DNA of 52,413 nt from Alphaproteobacteria bacterium (GCA_013289145.1 JABDAM010000007.1:1-52413); one strand, 5' to 3'; counted from the stretch's first letter, positions 28,045 through 38,416 are shown. Notes: generated by a model not told the origin, from the sequence alone. Numbers and translations: made by a program.

Positions 28045-29402
28045 TGCTCGGCCTCGCCAAACCCGTTTGGAATATTTCAGGATACGCTTTGCTCGCATTG
28101 GTGGCCTTGGCGCCTGTGACGTTCGGCGCGGTTATGCCGTGGGCTTGGGCGATGTGTGCGGTTTTGTGCGGGGTAATTTTATTGGTTGCCGCTTTGCCGA
28201 CGATACTGGATTACGGCGCGCCTGCGCCGGATTGGCTGGCCTTGCGCTGGCCGGCGGCGTTGTGCGCGGTGGCACTGGTATGGGCGCTGTTTCAATTATC
28301 GCCTTGGCCTGCGGCGTGGCAATATCCGATTTGGTCTGTGACTAGGGACGTTTTAGGCAGGCCGCTGACGGGCGCGGTCAGTTTAAATCCGGCGGCGGGT
28401 TTGGAAATTATCACGCGCTGGCTGATGTACGCGGCGATTTTCGTGGTCGCTTACGTTTGGGGGCAGGATGCCAAGCGTTCGATGCGCGCGTTGAACGCGT
28501 TGGTGATCGTTGCGACGGTTTATGCCTTTTATGGTTTGATCGTTTTGTTTGCAGGCAGTGATTTGGTTTTGTGGATTCATAAACCGATGTATCAACTGGA
28601 CGTGACTGGACCATTTATCAATAAAAATAATTTCGCCAGTTATCTGGGCGCGGCGCTGGTGATTGCGATTGGCTTGCTGCTGCGCCGGATTATGCATGAC
28701 GCAACCGGAGCGGGCGTGCATGAGTTCTGGCGGCGGCTGATTGCCTTGCTGACGGGGCGCGCGCTGTATCTGACGGTGGCGGTGATTGTCTTGTTCACGG
28801 CGCTACTGCTCACGCATTCGCGCGCGGGATTGGCGAGTTTTGTGGTGGGGTTTGTGGTGCTTTTGGTGCTGTTGCGCCTTGCCGGATTACTCCAGGGTAA
28901 AATGTTTTTCTGGGGCGCTGGTGTCATGGCGGCGGTTTTGATCGCGCTGTTTTTCCTGTCGGGCGAAGGCGTGTTTTCCAGAATGGTCAGCGACGGCGAA
29001 CCGGCGCGGCCGCAGCTTTATACATTGGTGATGAATGCGATCGCCGACCGTCCGTGGCTGGGCAGCGGGTTGGGGTCTTTTCCGCAGATCTTTCAGATCT
29101 ACCGCACGGAGGATATCCCGCCGGAGTTTTTTACGGAGCGCGCGCATAGCGTCTATCTGGAAACCATGCTGGAGCTGGGAATTCCCGCCGCGCTGGCGCT
29201 TTTCGCTGGGCTGGGGTGGTTGATCTGCCGCATGGGTGCGAGCGTGACGGCGGATGCGCGTCACCGCACGATACCGGCGGTCTGTTCTGCCGCGGTTGTG
29301 GTGCTGTGCGTGCATAGCCTGGTCGACTTCCCGTTGCAGATACCGGGGATTACAATGACGTTTGCCTGGCTGTTGGGGTTGGGCGCGGCTCGTCTTCGCT
29401 AG
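28044..29402 (+). CDS. O-antigen ligase/polymerase (Wzy_C) family membrane protein
   Basis: Multiple TM segments; GPFINKNNFA, THSRAG, PWLGSGLGSF, AHSVYLE; TAATG coupling to the upstream gene. Confidence 0.88.
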   Translation: MLGLAKPVWNISGYALLALVALAPVTFGAVMPWAWAMCAVLCGVILLVAALPTILDYGAPAPDWLALRWPAALCAVALVWALFQLSPWPAAWQYPIWSVTRDVLGRPLTGAVSLNPAAGLEIITRWLMYAAIFVVAYVWGQDAKRSMRALNALVIVATVYAFYGLIVLFAGSDLVLWIHKPMYQLDVTGPFINKNNFASYLGAALVIAIGLLLRRIMHDATGAGVHEFWRRLIALLTGRALYLTVAVIVLFTALLLTHSRAGLASFVVGFVVLLVLLRLAGLLQGKMFFWGAGVMAAVLIALFFLSGEGVFSRMVSDGEPARPQLYTLVMNAIADRPWLGSGLGSFPQIFQIYRTEDIPPEFFTERAHSVYLETMLELGIPAALALFAGLGWLICRMGASVTADARHRTIPAVCSAAVVVLCVHSLVDFPLQIPGITMTFAWLLGLGAARLR

Positions 29403-29551
29403 CGCTGCGCCGGGCGCGGCACAGGTGAATCTCAAAAAAATGACAAACAACCCTATAGACCCCCCATTTGGGCTGATAATATTATTAATATAATCCTATA
29501 AATTGCAAGATTGTTGCGCCGCCCAAAGATGCGTTTGAGGCGCATCTCCGC

Positions 29552-30094
29552 ATGAACGCAAGCAAAAATAACGTGCAATCCAGGCCGGAATTATGGTACC
29601 GATTAATGATGGCGCGGATGGCCCAGTCATTTTTATCGTTTTACAATCTTCCTTTTACGGTTGTGGTGGATGTTTCTGGACTTCACGCGGCGGTGGGCGG
29701 TGAAGAGGATGCCCTCATGGCCGTTCTGCATGGGTCAGATAAACCCTTTGATTATAATGTTGTAGGCATGACGCGTTTTCCCATGGAGGCCGCGTCAGCC
29801 CCCGATATCTTTTTTGTCAAAGGCAATGAGATGTTTGAAGTGGTTTCTTCGATCAGGCTTGATAAATTTCCGGAAAGCGATATTTGCCAGCAAATGCTGA
29901 GCGATATTCCTATTCTGGCTGACCTTCCATTATATGCCGTTTTCACAACCAAAACCGATAGGACTATCCGGTCATTGCCTAAAACATCGCTTATTCATCA
30001 ATTGGATTGCAATTCAGGCAGTCCGAAATGGATTACGCAAACCGTCATGTCTCATTTGCGGCAAGCCGGCTGCGATTCATTCGTGCCGGCTTAG
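29552..30094 (+). CDS. Hypothetical protein, 180 aa
   Basis: ORF with SD GAGG; no recognised domain. Confidence 0.65.
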   Translation: MNASKNNVQSRPELWYRLMMARMAQSFLSFYNLPFTVVVDVSGLHAAVGGEEDALMAVLHGSDKPFDYNVVGMTRFPMEAASAPDIFFVKGNEMFEVVSSIRLDKFPESDICQQMLSDIPILADLPLYAVFTTKTDRTIRSLPKTSLIHQLDCNSGSPKWITQTVMSHLRQAGCDSFVPA

Positions 30095-30104
30095 TCGCCG
30101 CCTG

Positions 30105-31592
30105 TTAACTCACGCCGCGCTGTTCGTTCATTTTGCTGCTCTCGCGCGAGCGTAAAACTTTGAGTTGTGAGCCGAGAGTTGAGCGGAGGTGGCTGTCCGT
30201 CAATTCAATCGCGTAATCGCCGCTAAAGCATGCGTCGCAATATTGCGGTTGTTTGGCGTCACGTTTCGCTTCGCCGACCGCGCGGTAAAGGCCGTCGAGA
30301 GAGACGAACGCCAGGCTATCCACATTGATAAACTCACGCATCTGTTCGAGCGTGTGGGTGTGCGCCAGCAATTCGGATTCTTCGGGCGTATCGATGCCGT
30401 AATAGCAGCTATGCATGGTGGGCGGCGATGAAATGCGCATGTGCACTTCCTTGGCGCCGGCTGAGCGCACCATGTCGACGATTTTGCGGGAGGTTGTGCC
30501 GCGCACGATGCTGTCATCCACCAATATCACGCGCTTGCCTTCAATAATGCCGCGGTTGGCGTTGTGTTTGAGTTTCACGCCAAGGTGGCGGATGTGATCA
30601 GTGGGCTCGATGAACGTGCGGCCGACGTAATGGTTGCGGATGATGCCGAGTTCAAACGGCAATCCGGCGGCATCCGCATAGCCCAGCGCGGCGGGCACGC
30701 CGCTGTCGGGCACGGGGCAGACAATGTCGGCTTCAACGCCGGTTTCGCGCGCGAGTTCGCGGCCGATGGATTTGCGTACTTCGTAAACCGGGTGGCCTTG
30801 CAACATACTGTCGGGACGCGCGAAATAGACGTATTCGAAAATGCAAAACTTCGACGGCGCGGATTTAAATGGTTTGGATGACGTAATGCCTTTGCTGTTG
30901 ATCACCAGCATTTCGCCGGGTTCCAGATCGCGCACGAAATTCGCGCCGATGATGTCGAGCGCGCAGGTTTCTGACGTGACGATCGGCACGCCATGCAATT
31001 CGCCCAATGACAGCGGCCGCACGCCATAGGGATCGCGCACGGCGATTAATTGATCTTTCATCAAAGCGACGATGGAATAGGCGCCTTTGACCTGTTGCAA
31101 TGCCTCCGTCAGGCGTTTTTCCGCCGGACCGACGGCGCGGGCCATCAATTGAATGATGGCTTCGGTATCGCTGGTGGAGTGGAACAGCGCGCCTGCTTGC
31201 ACCAGCGCCTGGCGGATGGTGTTGGCGTTGGTGAGATTGCCGTTATGCGCCACCGCGAAACCGCCGAAATCGAAATCGGCGTAGAGCGGCTGGACGTTGC
31301 GCAATGCGCTTTCACCCGTGGTGGCATAGCGGTTATGGCCGATGGCCATGGTGCCTTTCAGGCGTGAAATCACATGCGGCTGGTTAAGCGTGTCGCCGAC
31401 GAGGCCGAGGGCGCGGTGGACGTGAAAATCGGTGCCGTCATAACTGACCACGCCGGTGGCTTCCTGGCCGCGGTGCTGGAGCGCGTGGAGGCCGAGGGCA
31501 GTCAGCGCAGAGGCGTCCGGGTGATTATAAACGCCGAAAATGCCGCATTCTTCGTGGAATTTATCGTTATCATGGGTGATGGGAAGGGTCAC
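30105..31592 (-). CDS. purF: Amidophosphoribosyltransferase
   Basis: EECGIFG, LQHRGQE, HNGNLTN, PVPDSG, VDDSIVRGTTS. Confidence 0.98.
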   Translation of the reverse strand: MTLPITHDNDKFHEECGIFGVYNHPDASALTALGLHALQHRGQEATGVVSYDGTDFHVHRALGLVGDTLNQPHVISRLKGTMAIGHNRYATTGESALRNVQPLYADFDFGGFAVAHNGNLTNANTIRQALVQAGALFHSTSDTEAIIQLMARAVGPAEKRLTEALQQVKGAYSIVALMKDQLIAVRDPYGVRPLSLGELHGVPIVTSETCALDIIGANFVRDLEPGEMLVINSKGITSSKPFKSAPSKFCIFEYVYFARPDSMLQGHPVYEVRKSIGRELARETGVEADIVCPVPDSGVPAALGYADAAGLPFELGIIRNHYVGRTFIEPTDHIRHLGVKLKHNANRGIIEGKRVILVDDSIVRGTTSRKIVDMVRSAGAKEVHMRISSPPTMHSCYYGIDTPEESELLAHTHTLEQMREFINVDSLAFVSLDGLYRAVGEAKRDAKQPQYCDACFSGDYAIELTDSHLRSTLGSQLKVLRSRESSKMNEQRGVS

Positions 31593-32260
31593 TGGCCGAT
31601 TGCCTCTTTCACCGCTTTAATTAGTTCTTTCACACTGGGATTGCCAGCGGAATCTTTGTCTTTTTTGGATTTATCTTTCTTTTCTTGGGCGGGTTCGGCC
31701 AATTCATCCTTTTTCTGCGCGGCTTTTTTCAGCGCGCCGAAATCCGTGCGCTGATCGTCATGGATTTGCGAGGGCGGAATGAATTTGCGCAATGCCTGGG
31801 CGCCGTCTTGTAGGAACGGGTAGGCGTGGGATTGCGTGAGCCAATCAGGGTAAATTTTAGGATCGATATAGAGGTTTACGAGGAGGTAGGGCAGCAGCAC
31901 AATCAGCGCGCCGCGCAAAAATCCGAACAAAAACCCCAGCGAATGATCGATGGGACGCGAGAGCAGCGCGCGCAGCGCAGTCGCGCCGATAATGGCGATC
32001 AGGTTGATGATGATAATGCAGCCCAGGAAAATAATTGCCCGGCTGAAAATCCGCGCCACGCCGTGGTCGGGCAGCAGGTCATGCAGCGGTCCGTCGAGCA
32101 GGTGGCCGGTGTGAGCCGTAATAATAAACGCCGCGATCAGGCCGAGGATGGAGAAAATCTCCCGGCTGAACCCCCGCCACGCCGCCCAGCCGACAGACCA
32201 GGCGAGGAGGGCGAGGATGATCCAGTCGAGGGTGTGGAGGGTATTCCAATCAGGCATCAT
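31589..32260 (-). CDS. cvpA: Colicin V production protein CvpA
   Basis: LDWIIL..., RGFSRE, IDHSLGFLFGFLRG; radA-cvpA-purF order; start at ATG 32260 or 32257. Confidence 0.9.
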   Translation of the reverse strand: MMPDWNTLHTLDWIILALLAWSVGWAAWRGFSREIFSILGLIAAFIITAHTGHLLDGPLHDLLPDHGVARIFSRAIIFLGCIIIINLIAIIGATALRALLSRPIDHSLGFLFGFLRGALIVLLPYLLVNLYIDPKIYPDWLTQSHAYPFLQDGAQALRKFIPPSQIHDDQRTDFGALKKAAQKKDELAEPAQEKKDKSKKDKDSAGNPSVKELIKAVKEAIGQ

Positions 32261-32276
32261 ATATGACCCAAAAGTT

Positions 32277-32468
32277 TTCCTCCCCCTTGAGGGGGGGGTA
32301 CCCTGCGAAGCAGGGGGGAGGGGGTGAATCTGCAAGGTAGAGATTAGAAGACAGGAAAGAAAGTATATGACGATAAAAGGATTTCATTTTCTGACATTTG
32401 ATCTCTGGCCTCACCATCACCCCCTCCGTCGCACTTCGTGCGTCACCTCCCCCCTCAAGGGGGAGGAA
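32277..32468. repeat. 192-bp composite palindromic element overlapping the radA 3' end
   Basis: 20-bp perfect IR TTCCTCCCCCTTGAGGGGGG; inner 11-bp IR GGAGGGGGTGA. Confidence 0.85.
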
Positions 32469-33850
32469 GTTTTTTCAATGGATGAAATGAATTGCCGCAG
32501 TTCCCGCAACTGTTTCACGGCGATTTTGGCGTTCGGCAATTGCGCATCGCGCAGCGTCGGGATCACCGCGTCGGTGAACCCCAGTTTCGCGGATTCTTTT
32601 AATCGCAAATCGAGTTGGTTCACCGCGCGGATTTCGCCAGACAGGCCGATTTCGCCCATGATGACTTGGCGTTCGGGTAATGGCTCACCCGTGGCGGCGC
32701 TCACCAACGCGGCGGCGACGGCCAGGTCGGCGGCGGGTTCGGTAATCCGCAGCCCGCCCGCGACGTTCAGATAGACATCGAGTTGGGCGAAACTCATCCC
32801 CGCACGCGATTCCAATACGGCGAGGATCATCGCGAGGCGCGCGCTGTCCCACCCCACCACCGCGCGGCGCGGCGTGCCATAACCCGTGGGAGCAACGAGT
32901 GCCTGGATTTCGACGAGTAATGGCCGCGTGCCCTCCATGCCCGCGAAGACGGCGGTGCCGGACACGGGGTGATCGCGTTCGGCGAGAAAGAGGGCGGAGG
33001 GGTTGGTGACTTCCTGCAACCCGGTTTGGGTCATGGTGAAAACGCCGATTTCATCCGTCGCGCCAAAGCGGTTTTTGACGGTGCGCAGGATGCGGAACTG
33101 ATGGTTCCGGTCGCCTTCAAAATACAAAACGCAATCAACCATGTGTTCGAGGACGCGCGGGCCCGCGATGGTGCCTTCCTTGGTCACATGGCCGACGAGC
33201 ATCAGGGTGAAGCCGAGTTGCTTCGCCATGCGGATGAGCTCGCCCGCGCATGCGCGGACCTGTGCCACCGTTCCCGCCGTGCTGTCCAGCGCGTCCCAAT
33301 GGACGGTTTGAATAGAATCAATAATTACAAGGCCATAGCCGCCAACTTTTAAAGTATTAAGTATGGTGGTGAGATCCGTTTCGGCGGCAAGGGTGAGCGG
33401 CGCGCCGATCACGCCCAGGCGTTGGGCGCGCAGGCGGATTTGATCCAGGCTTTCTTCGCCGGTGATGTAGAGGGTGGGGAGGTTGCCCGCCATCTGCGCG
33501 GTGACTTGCAGCAGGAGGGTGGATTTCCCGATCCCCGGATCGCCGCCGATAAGGAGCGCGGCACCCTGAACCAGCCCGCCGCCACAGGTGCGGTCGAATT
33601 CCGCAATACCCGTTTGGAGTCGCGGCGGTGCGGGTGTTTTGGCGTCGAGCGGCGCGAGTTCCAGTTGCCGACGACCGCCGGATTTGCCCCGGGATGATGA
33701 ATGCATCGCGGCGCCGGGCGCGGTGATGTTTTTGGAAACGATTTCCTCGACCAGCGTATTCCATTCCGCGCAATGCGGGCATTGCCCTTGCCATTTGGCG
33801 GAAACCCCGCCGCAGGATTGGCAGACGTATTGTTTGGATTCTTTGGGCAT
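32417..33850 (-). CDS. radA: DNA repair protein RadA/Sms
   Basis: C4 zinc finger CQSCG..KWQGQCPHC, GGDPGIGKSTLL, KNRFG, Lon-like C-terminal domain. Confidence 0.97.
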   Translation of the reverse strand: MPKESKQYVCQSCGGVSAKWQGQCPHCAEWNTLVEEIVSKNITAPGAAMHSSSRGKSGGRRQLELAPLDAKTPAPPRLQTGIAEFDRTCGGGLVQGAALLIGGDPGIGKSTLLLQVTAQMAGNLPTLYITGEESLDQIRLRAQRLGVIGAPLTLAAETDLTTILNTLKVGGYGLVIIDSIQTVHWDALDSTAGTVAQVRACAGELIRMAKQLGFTLMLVGHVTKEGTIAGPRVLEHMVDCVLYFEGDRNHQFRILRTVKNRFGATDEIGVFTMTQTGLQEVTNPSALFLAERDHPVSGTAVFAGMEGTRPLLVEIQALVAPTGYGTPRRAVVGWDSARLAMILAVLESRAGMSFAQLDVYLNVAGGLRITEPAADLAVAAALVSAATGEPLPERQVIMGEIGLSGEIRAVNQLDLRLKESAKLGFTDAVIPTLRDAQLPNAKIAVKQLRELRQFISSIEKTSSPLRGEVTHEVRRRG

Positions 33851-33916
33851 GAAAGATGTCCTTGACAATATAAGAGGTCGACAATTAGTCTACAAGTTCA
33901 GATTTAGGGGGAAACA

Positions 33917-34315
33917 ATGAAAGACGATGCGCCGCTGGGCAACCTTATTAAGCTTTATTGCAGCAGACCTGGAGATACTAGTGGTAATGCTTGGGATTTC
34001 ACCTTTGATTTGGGAGGTATAACAAATATAAAAGGAAATAGTAACTACATCACATTTACATATCTTGATCCTAAAAACGGCGGATTTGGCAATTATCACG
34101 CTGCATCTTCGTCTAATAACGGAATTAGCGCGAAGAACTTAAATGAACTAGTAAGAGATGCCAAAGAACGGACGCAGCTTCCACAGATTATAAAGTCTTT
34201 AAATAGCCTGTCGCGGGAACAGTTTGCGGCGGCGTTGGTTTTGGCTAATCCGGAACTTGTAACCCCGGCCTTGGCGGAAGTCAAAAAAACGCATCCGAAA
34301 CTTTTGCCTAATTAA
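33917..34315 (+). CDS. Hypothetical AT-rich ORFan, 132 aa
   Basis: SD AGGGG; TTGACA promoter overlapping the radA upstream region. Confidence 0.65.
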   Translation: MKDDAPLGNLIKLYCSRPGDTSGNAWDFTFDLGGITNIKGNSNYITFTYLDPKNGGFGNYHAASSSNNGISAKNLNELVRDAKERTQLPQIIKSLNSLSREQFAAALVLANPELVTPALAEVKKTHPKLLPN

Positions 34316-35094
34316 TCCCGCCTCACCGCCATCTCAATCGGCCCTTCCATCCGCCCGTGGATGAATTGGTCGACGTAGGCGTTGCCGCTGTGGTCGATCT
34401 GGCTGGCGGGGCCGTACCAGATGATGTGGCCTTGGTGCAGCATCGCAACGTGGCGGGCGATTTTGCGGACGCTGGCCATATCGTGCGTGATCGTCACCGC
34501 CGTCGCGCCGAGTTTTTGCACGCATTCAACGATCAGGTGGTTGATGACGTCCGCCATGATGGGGTCGAGGCCAGTGGTGGGTTCGTCAAAGAAAATAATT
34601 TCGGGATCGGTCGCGATCGCGCGCGCCAGGGCGACACGTTTTTGCATGCCGCCGGATAGTTCGGCGGGGAAAAGGTCTGCTACGTCCGGTTTCAATCCCA
34701 CGTCGGCGAGTTTGGCGATGGCAATGTCTTTGGCCTCCGCGGCCGGGATGTTTTTCAGCGTGGTCAGGCCAAAGGAGACGTTTTCCCACACGCGCATACT
34801 GTCGAACAACGCGCCGCCCTGGAACAGCATGCCGAATTTATGCATGACTTCTTTCTCGCGGCGGCGGGCGGACATGTGGGTGACGTCGATGCCGTCGATT
34901 TTCACCGTGCCCGCATCGGGATTTAATAAACCCAGAATGCATTTAATGAGGACGGATTTCCCCGTGCCCGATCCGCCGATGACGACCAGGGATTCACCGG
35001 GCATCACGTCCAGATCAATGCCGTTCAGGACGACTTTTTTACCGAATTTTTTGGTCAGGCCCTGGACTTGGATTTTCGGTTGGTTGGTTTCCAT
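34312..35094 (-). CDS. mlaF: MlaF-like ABC ATPase
   Basis: GGSGTGKS, LSGGMQKRVALARA, FFDEPTTGLDP. Confidence 0.9.
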   Translation of the reverse strand: METNQPKIQVQGLTKKFGKKVVLNGIDLDVMPGESLVVIGGSGTGKSVLIKCILGLLNPDAGTVKIDGIDVTHMSARRREKEVMHKFGMLFQGGALFDSMRVWENVSFGLTTLKNIPAAEAKDIAIAKLADVGLKPDVADLFPAELSGGMQKRVALARAIATDPEIIFFDEPTTGLDPIMADVINHLIVECVQKLGATAVTITHDMASVRKIARHVAMLHQGHIIWYGPASQIDHSGNAYVDQFIHGRMEGPIEMAVRRD

Positions 35095-35095
35095 G

Positions 35096-35902
35096 TCAGT
35101 GCGCGAAAAACAATCCGGTGAGGAAATAGTTGGTGAGGAGGATTAGAATGCTCGCGGAAACGACGGCGTTCGTCGTGGCGACGCCGACGCCCTCAGCGCC
35201 CTTGCCGGAGTTATAACCGTGGTAGCAGCCCATCAGCGTGATGATAAAACCAAACACGGCGGCTTTCACCAGGCCGGAAATGACATCCATATTTTGCAGG
35301 AAACTCCAGGTGTTTTGCAAATAGGTGTGCGGGTTGAAATCCAGGCGGTACACCGCGACCAGATAACCGCCGAAAACGCCGATGATGTCAGCCACCAGAA
35401 CCAGGCAGGGCAGCATAATAATGCCCGCGACCAGACGCGGCGCGACGAGGTATTTAAATGGCGATGTTGAGAGCGTGCGCAGCGCGTCGATTTGCTCCGT
35501 CACTTTCATCGTCCCGATTTCGGCGGCGAATGCCGCACCGATGCGCCCCGCCACCATCAGCCCGCCGAGGACGGGGCCGAGTTCGCGGGTGATGGATAAA
35601 ACAACGACGGATGCAATCGCGCTTTCGGCGCTGAAACGCGAAAAGCCGGTATAGGATTGCAGCACCAACACCATCCCCGTGAAAATCGCGGTCAGGCCGA
35701 CGACGGGGAGGGAATAATAACCGACCTCAATCAATTGCCGCACGAGGTTGCGCCAATAAAACGGCGGACGGAAGATGTGCGAAACGGATTGCAGCGTGAA
35801 CCAGGCAAATTGCCCGGTGCCCTGGCAGAATTGCAATAATACCGTGCCGATGCCTTGGCAGAAATCAAGCAGCAATGCGGCGGGGGAGCGGGTGGCGTCC
35901 AT
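35096..35902 (-). CDS. mlaE: MlaE-like ABC permease
   Basis: RELGPV, AEIGTMKVTEQIDAL, GAEGVG.ATTNAVV. Confidence 0.92.
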   Translation of the reverse strand: MDATRSPAALLLDFCQGIGTVLLQFCQGTGQFAWFTLQSVSHIFRPPFYWRNLVRQLIEVGYYSLPVVGLTAIFTGMVLVLQSYTGFSRFSAESAIASVVVLSITRELGPVLGGLMVAGRIGAAFAAEIGTMKVTEQIDALRTLSTSPFKYLVAPRLVAGIIMLPCLVLVADIIGVFGGYLVAVYRLDFNPHTYLQNTWSFLQNMDVISGLVKAAVFGFIITLMGCYHGYNSGKGAEGVGVATTNAVVSASILILLTNYFLTGLFFAH

Positions 35903-35947
35903 GAGTCTGGAAAGTAGCAGATGCAGGCCGGGAAACCAGAGGGATTT

Positions 35948-35993
35948 GAAGGTAAATTTTTTCTTGCAATTCGATATCTCCCTTTATTATGAT
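35948..35993 (+). promoter_or_regulatory. ORFan promoter with the conserved upstream box
   Basis: GAAGGTAAATTTTTTC-TTGCAA-18 nt-TATGAT. Confidence 0.6.
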
Positions 35994-36021
35994 GTCCGAA
36001 TTGTAAGCAGGAGATAATTAA

Positions 36022-36648
36022 ATGGTGGAATTACTTGAAAGATCGGCAGAGGCGCAAACAAGCCAGGGTGTCAAAGAGACTTTAGCTCCAGACACCCAGA
36101 CGCATCCGGAGGATAGAAGGTTTGTGGATTTGGTTGGCCGCGCTATGGTTTACCGTGAATCCACGTCATTGCTTTACCCGGATAATGGCTGGGTCCTGAC
36201 TGAGCATGGGGAGTCAGCGATATCAGCTGAAACCATGTGGGAGACTTATACAGATCCAAACAGGCATGAAGCGTATAAAGGGGTATTATTTAAAAATCTT
36301 CTTCAGCCGCCATCAGAGACACAAATAGTTTTCGGCGAAGGCGATGATTTTGAAATCTATTCAAATGTTTATTGTAAGAGGGTTTATTTGACTGGAAATG
36401 CGCAGCAAAGAGATGGGCAGCTTAAGAGGATAAGGGAAAGGCATCATGAGATTATAGGGAACCATTTGCTCGATGGCCGGATTAGGCTTTATTCCCAGAA
36501 GTGGTTGGATAAAGAAGGGGCGATAGATTTTATGACGCTGACAGCGGGAGAGCAAAAGAATTATTTTGAAACCTTATGGCATCGTAAAGTCATGCCGGTA
36601 TTATATCCGAATGCGGGCGGCCCGGCGCAGGGGTTCACGCCCAATTAA
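36022..36648 (+). CDS. Hypothetical ORFan, 208 aa
   Basis: SD AGGAG; own promoter. Confidence 0.7.
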   Translation: MVELLERSAEAQTSQGVKETLAPDTQTHPEDRRFVDLVGRAMVYRESTSLLYPDNGWVLTEHGESAISAETMWETYTDPNRHEAYKGVLFKNLLQPPSETQIVFGEGDDFEIYSNVYCKRVYLTGNAQQRDGQLKRIRERHHEIIGNHLLDGRIRLYSQKWLDKEGAIDFMTLTAGEQKNYFETLWHRKVMPVLYPNAGGPAQGFTPN

Positions 36649-36687
36649 GATATTTTGATATTCGCTTTATTTGCGGAAAATCAGCTT

Positions 36688-36800
36688 GTCATCCCGACCG
36701 AAGTGCGTAGCGATGTAGGTCTGGGATCTCACGAAAGTAGAGAGCTATTATCTTTCTGGGGATCCCCGGCTCTGCGCCCTACAGGCTTGGCCGGGATGAC
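36688..36800. repeat. 113-bp GTCATCCCG...CGGGATGAC palindromic element just after the dnaB stop
   Basis: Terminal IR plus internal GGGATC/GATCCC. Confidence 0.8.
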
Positions 36801-36801
36801 G

Positions 36802-38310
36802 TTACTCATCAAACGCTTTGCTCTCCGCCAAATCCTCAAAATGCGTAAACTGTCCATCGAAATGCAAACGGATTGTGCCGATCGGGCCGTGGCGTTGTTT
36901 GGCCAGGATCACTTCGGCGACGTTTTGCGCTTCGGCCAGGGCGCTTTGCCAGCGGGTATAGCGTTCGTTGAATTTGCTTTCGTTTTCATCGGCGCGGCGG
37001 CCGGGTTCTTCGCGTGCCAGATAATATTCTTCGCGGTAAACGAACATGACGACATCCGCGTCCTGTTCAATCGATCCGGACTCGCGCAGGTCGGCGAGTT
37101 GCGGGCGTTTGTTATCACGGTTTTCCGTCTGGCGCGACAGCTGGGACAGAGCGATAACGGGCACGTCCAGTTCCTTGGCGATGCCTTTCAGCCCGCGCGT
37201 GATTTCGGAAATTTCCTGGACGCGGTTGCCGTCGGAACTTTTGCTGCCGCTGCCGGACATCAATTGCAAATAATCCACCACGATCAAACCTAAACCATGC
37301 TGGCGTTTCAACCGCCGCGCGCGCGTGCGCAGGCCCATCACCGTGATGCCGGGCGTGTCGTCGATGAAGAGCGGCACTTCGGCCAGGTCGCGCGCGGCCA
37401 TCGACAGTTGCAGCATTTCATCTTTTTTAATTTCGCCGCGCCGGATGCGTTCGGATGGAATACGCGCGGCGGATGACAGGATACGTGTCGCCAGCTGTTC
37501 GGTTGACATCTCAAGCGAGAAAAAGGCGATGGGGCCGCCTTCTTTCGGTTTGCCGTCGGAGCCTTTGGCGCTTTGCACATAAGCTTTCGCGGCATTGAAG
37601 GCGATGTTGGTCGCGAGCGCGGTTTTACCCATCGATGGACGGCCGGCGAGGATGACCAAATCCGACGGATGCAGCCCGCCCATGCGGCGGTTGATGTCGC
37701 GAAAACCGGAGGTAAGGCCGACAACGTGGCCGTCTGATTGATAAGCTTTTTCCGCGATGGCGATAGAGTTCGCGAGAGCTTTGTTGAACGACGTAAATCC
37801 GCGTTCCGCTTCGCCCGCGGTGGCGAGGTTGAAGAGGCGGAGTTCGGCTTGTTCGATCAGATGCGTTGCCTCGATACCGATTTGCGTCGGCGATGGCCGC
37901 GCGTCTTGCGACATCTGTTCGCCGATGGTCAGTAATTCACGGCGCAGATATAAATCATAAACCGTGCCGCCGATGTCCTTCATGCCGATGGTCGTCGTGA
38001 CGGCGTTTTTCAAACCTTCCAGATATTCCGCGCCGCCAACGTGGGACAGGTCGCCGTCGGCCTCGAAATAACCTTTGAGCGTTGTTGGGCTGGCGAGCTG
38101 GCCTTTGTTAATCAGGCGTTCAACAGCGGAAAAAATCCGCTGGTGCGAGGGCACATAAAAATGATCTCCCCGTAAAAAATCACCCACCTGGTCCATCACG
38201 CGGTTGTCGAGGAGCAATGCACCGAGCATCTCGCGCTCTGCCTGCTCATTAAACGGCGGGGCCAAGTCTGTGGCGGATTTACTAGGGTTTAGGGCGACGA
38301 TATTGGACAT
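36802..38310 (-). CDS. dnaB: Replicative DNA helicase
   Basis: AGRPSMGKTA, FFSLEMS, VDYLQL, LSQLSR, DLRESGSIEQDAD, KQRHGP. Confidence 0.98.
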   Translation of the reverse strand: MSNIVALNPSKSATDLAPPFNEQAEREMLGALLLDNRVMDQVGDFLRGDHFYVPSHQRIFSAVERLINKGQLASPTTLKGYFEADGDLSHVGGAEYLEGLKNAVTTTIGMKDIGGTVYDLYLRRELLTIGEQMSQDARPSPTQIGIEATHLIEQAELRLFNLATAGEAERGFTSFNKALANSIAIAEKAYQSDGHVVGLTSGFRDINRRMGGLHPSDLVILAGRPSMGKTALATNIAFNAAKAYVQSAKGSDGKPKEGGPIAFFSLEMSTEQLATRILSSAARIPSERIRRGEIKKDEMLQLSMAARDLAEVPLFIDDTPGITVMGLRTRARRLKRQHGLGLIVVDYLQLMSGSGSKSSDGNRVQEISEITRGLKGIAKELDVPVIALSQLSRQTENRDNKRPQLADLRESGSIEQDADVVMFVYREEYYLAREEPGRRADENESKFNERYTRWQSALAEAQNVAEVILAKQRHGPIGTIRLHFDGQFTHFEDLAESKAFDE

Positions 38311-38416
38311 CAGTTTGCTTATCTAAGCAGACGGGGCTGAGGCGCGCAACAGGAATTGCGCATAGGCGTTATTTTTGTTGCAAAATATAGCGGTAAATTG
38401 CTACATTCCCTTTGCT

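Noticed and set aside
32261-32335. N-terminal extension of CvpA (MQIHPLPPASQG...)
   Set aside because: It is a translation of the repeat arm; homology starts at MMPDWN
33848-33866. CATGAAAG before TTGACA of the 33917 ORFan as a copy of the conserved box
   Set aside because: The spacing to -35 is wrong and the match overlaps the radA start codon
36655-37293. 212-aa plus-strand ORF containing LAGMT
   Set aside because: It reads through the palindromic element into the antisense strand of dnaB
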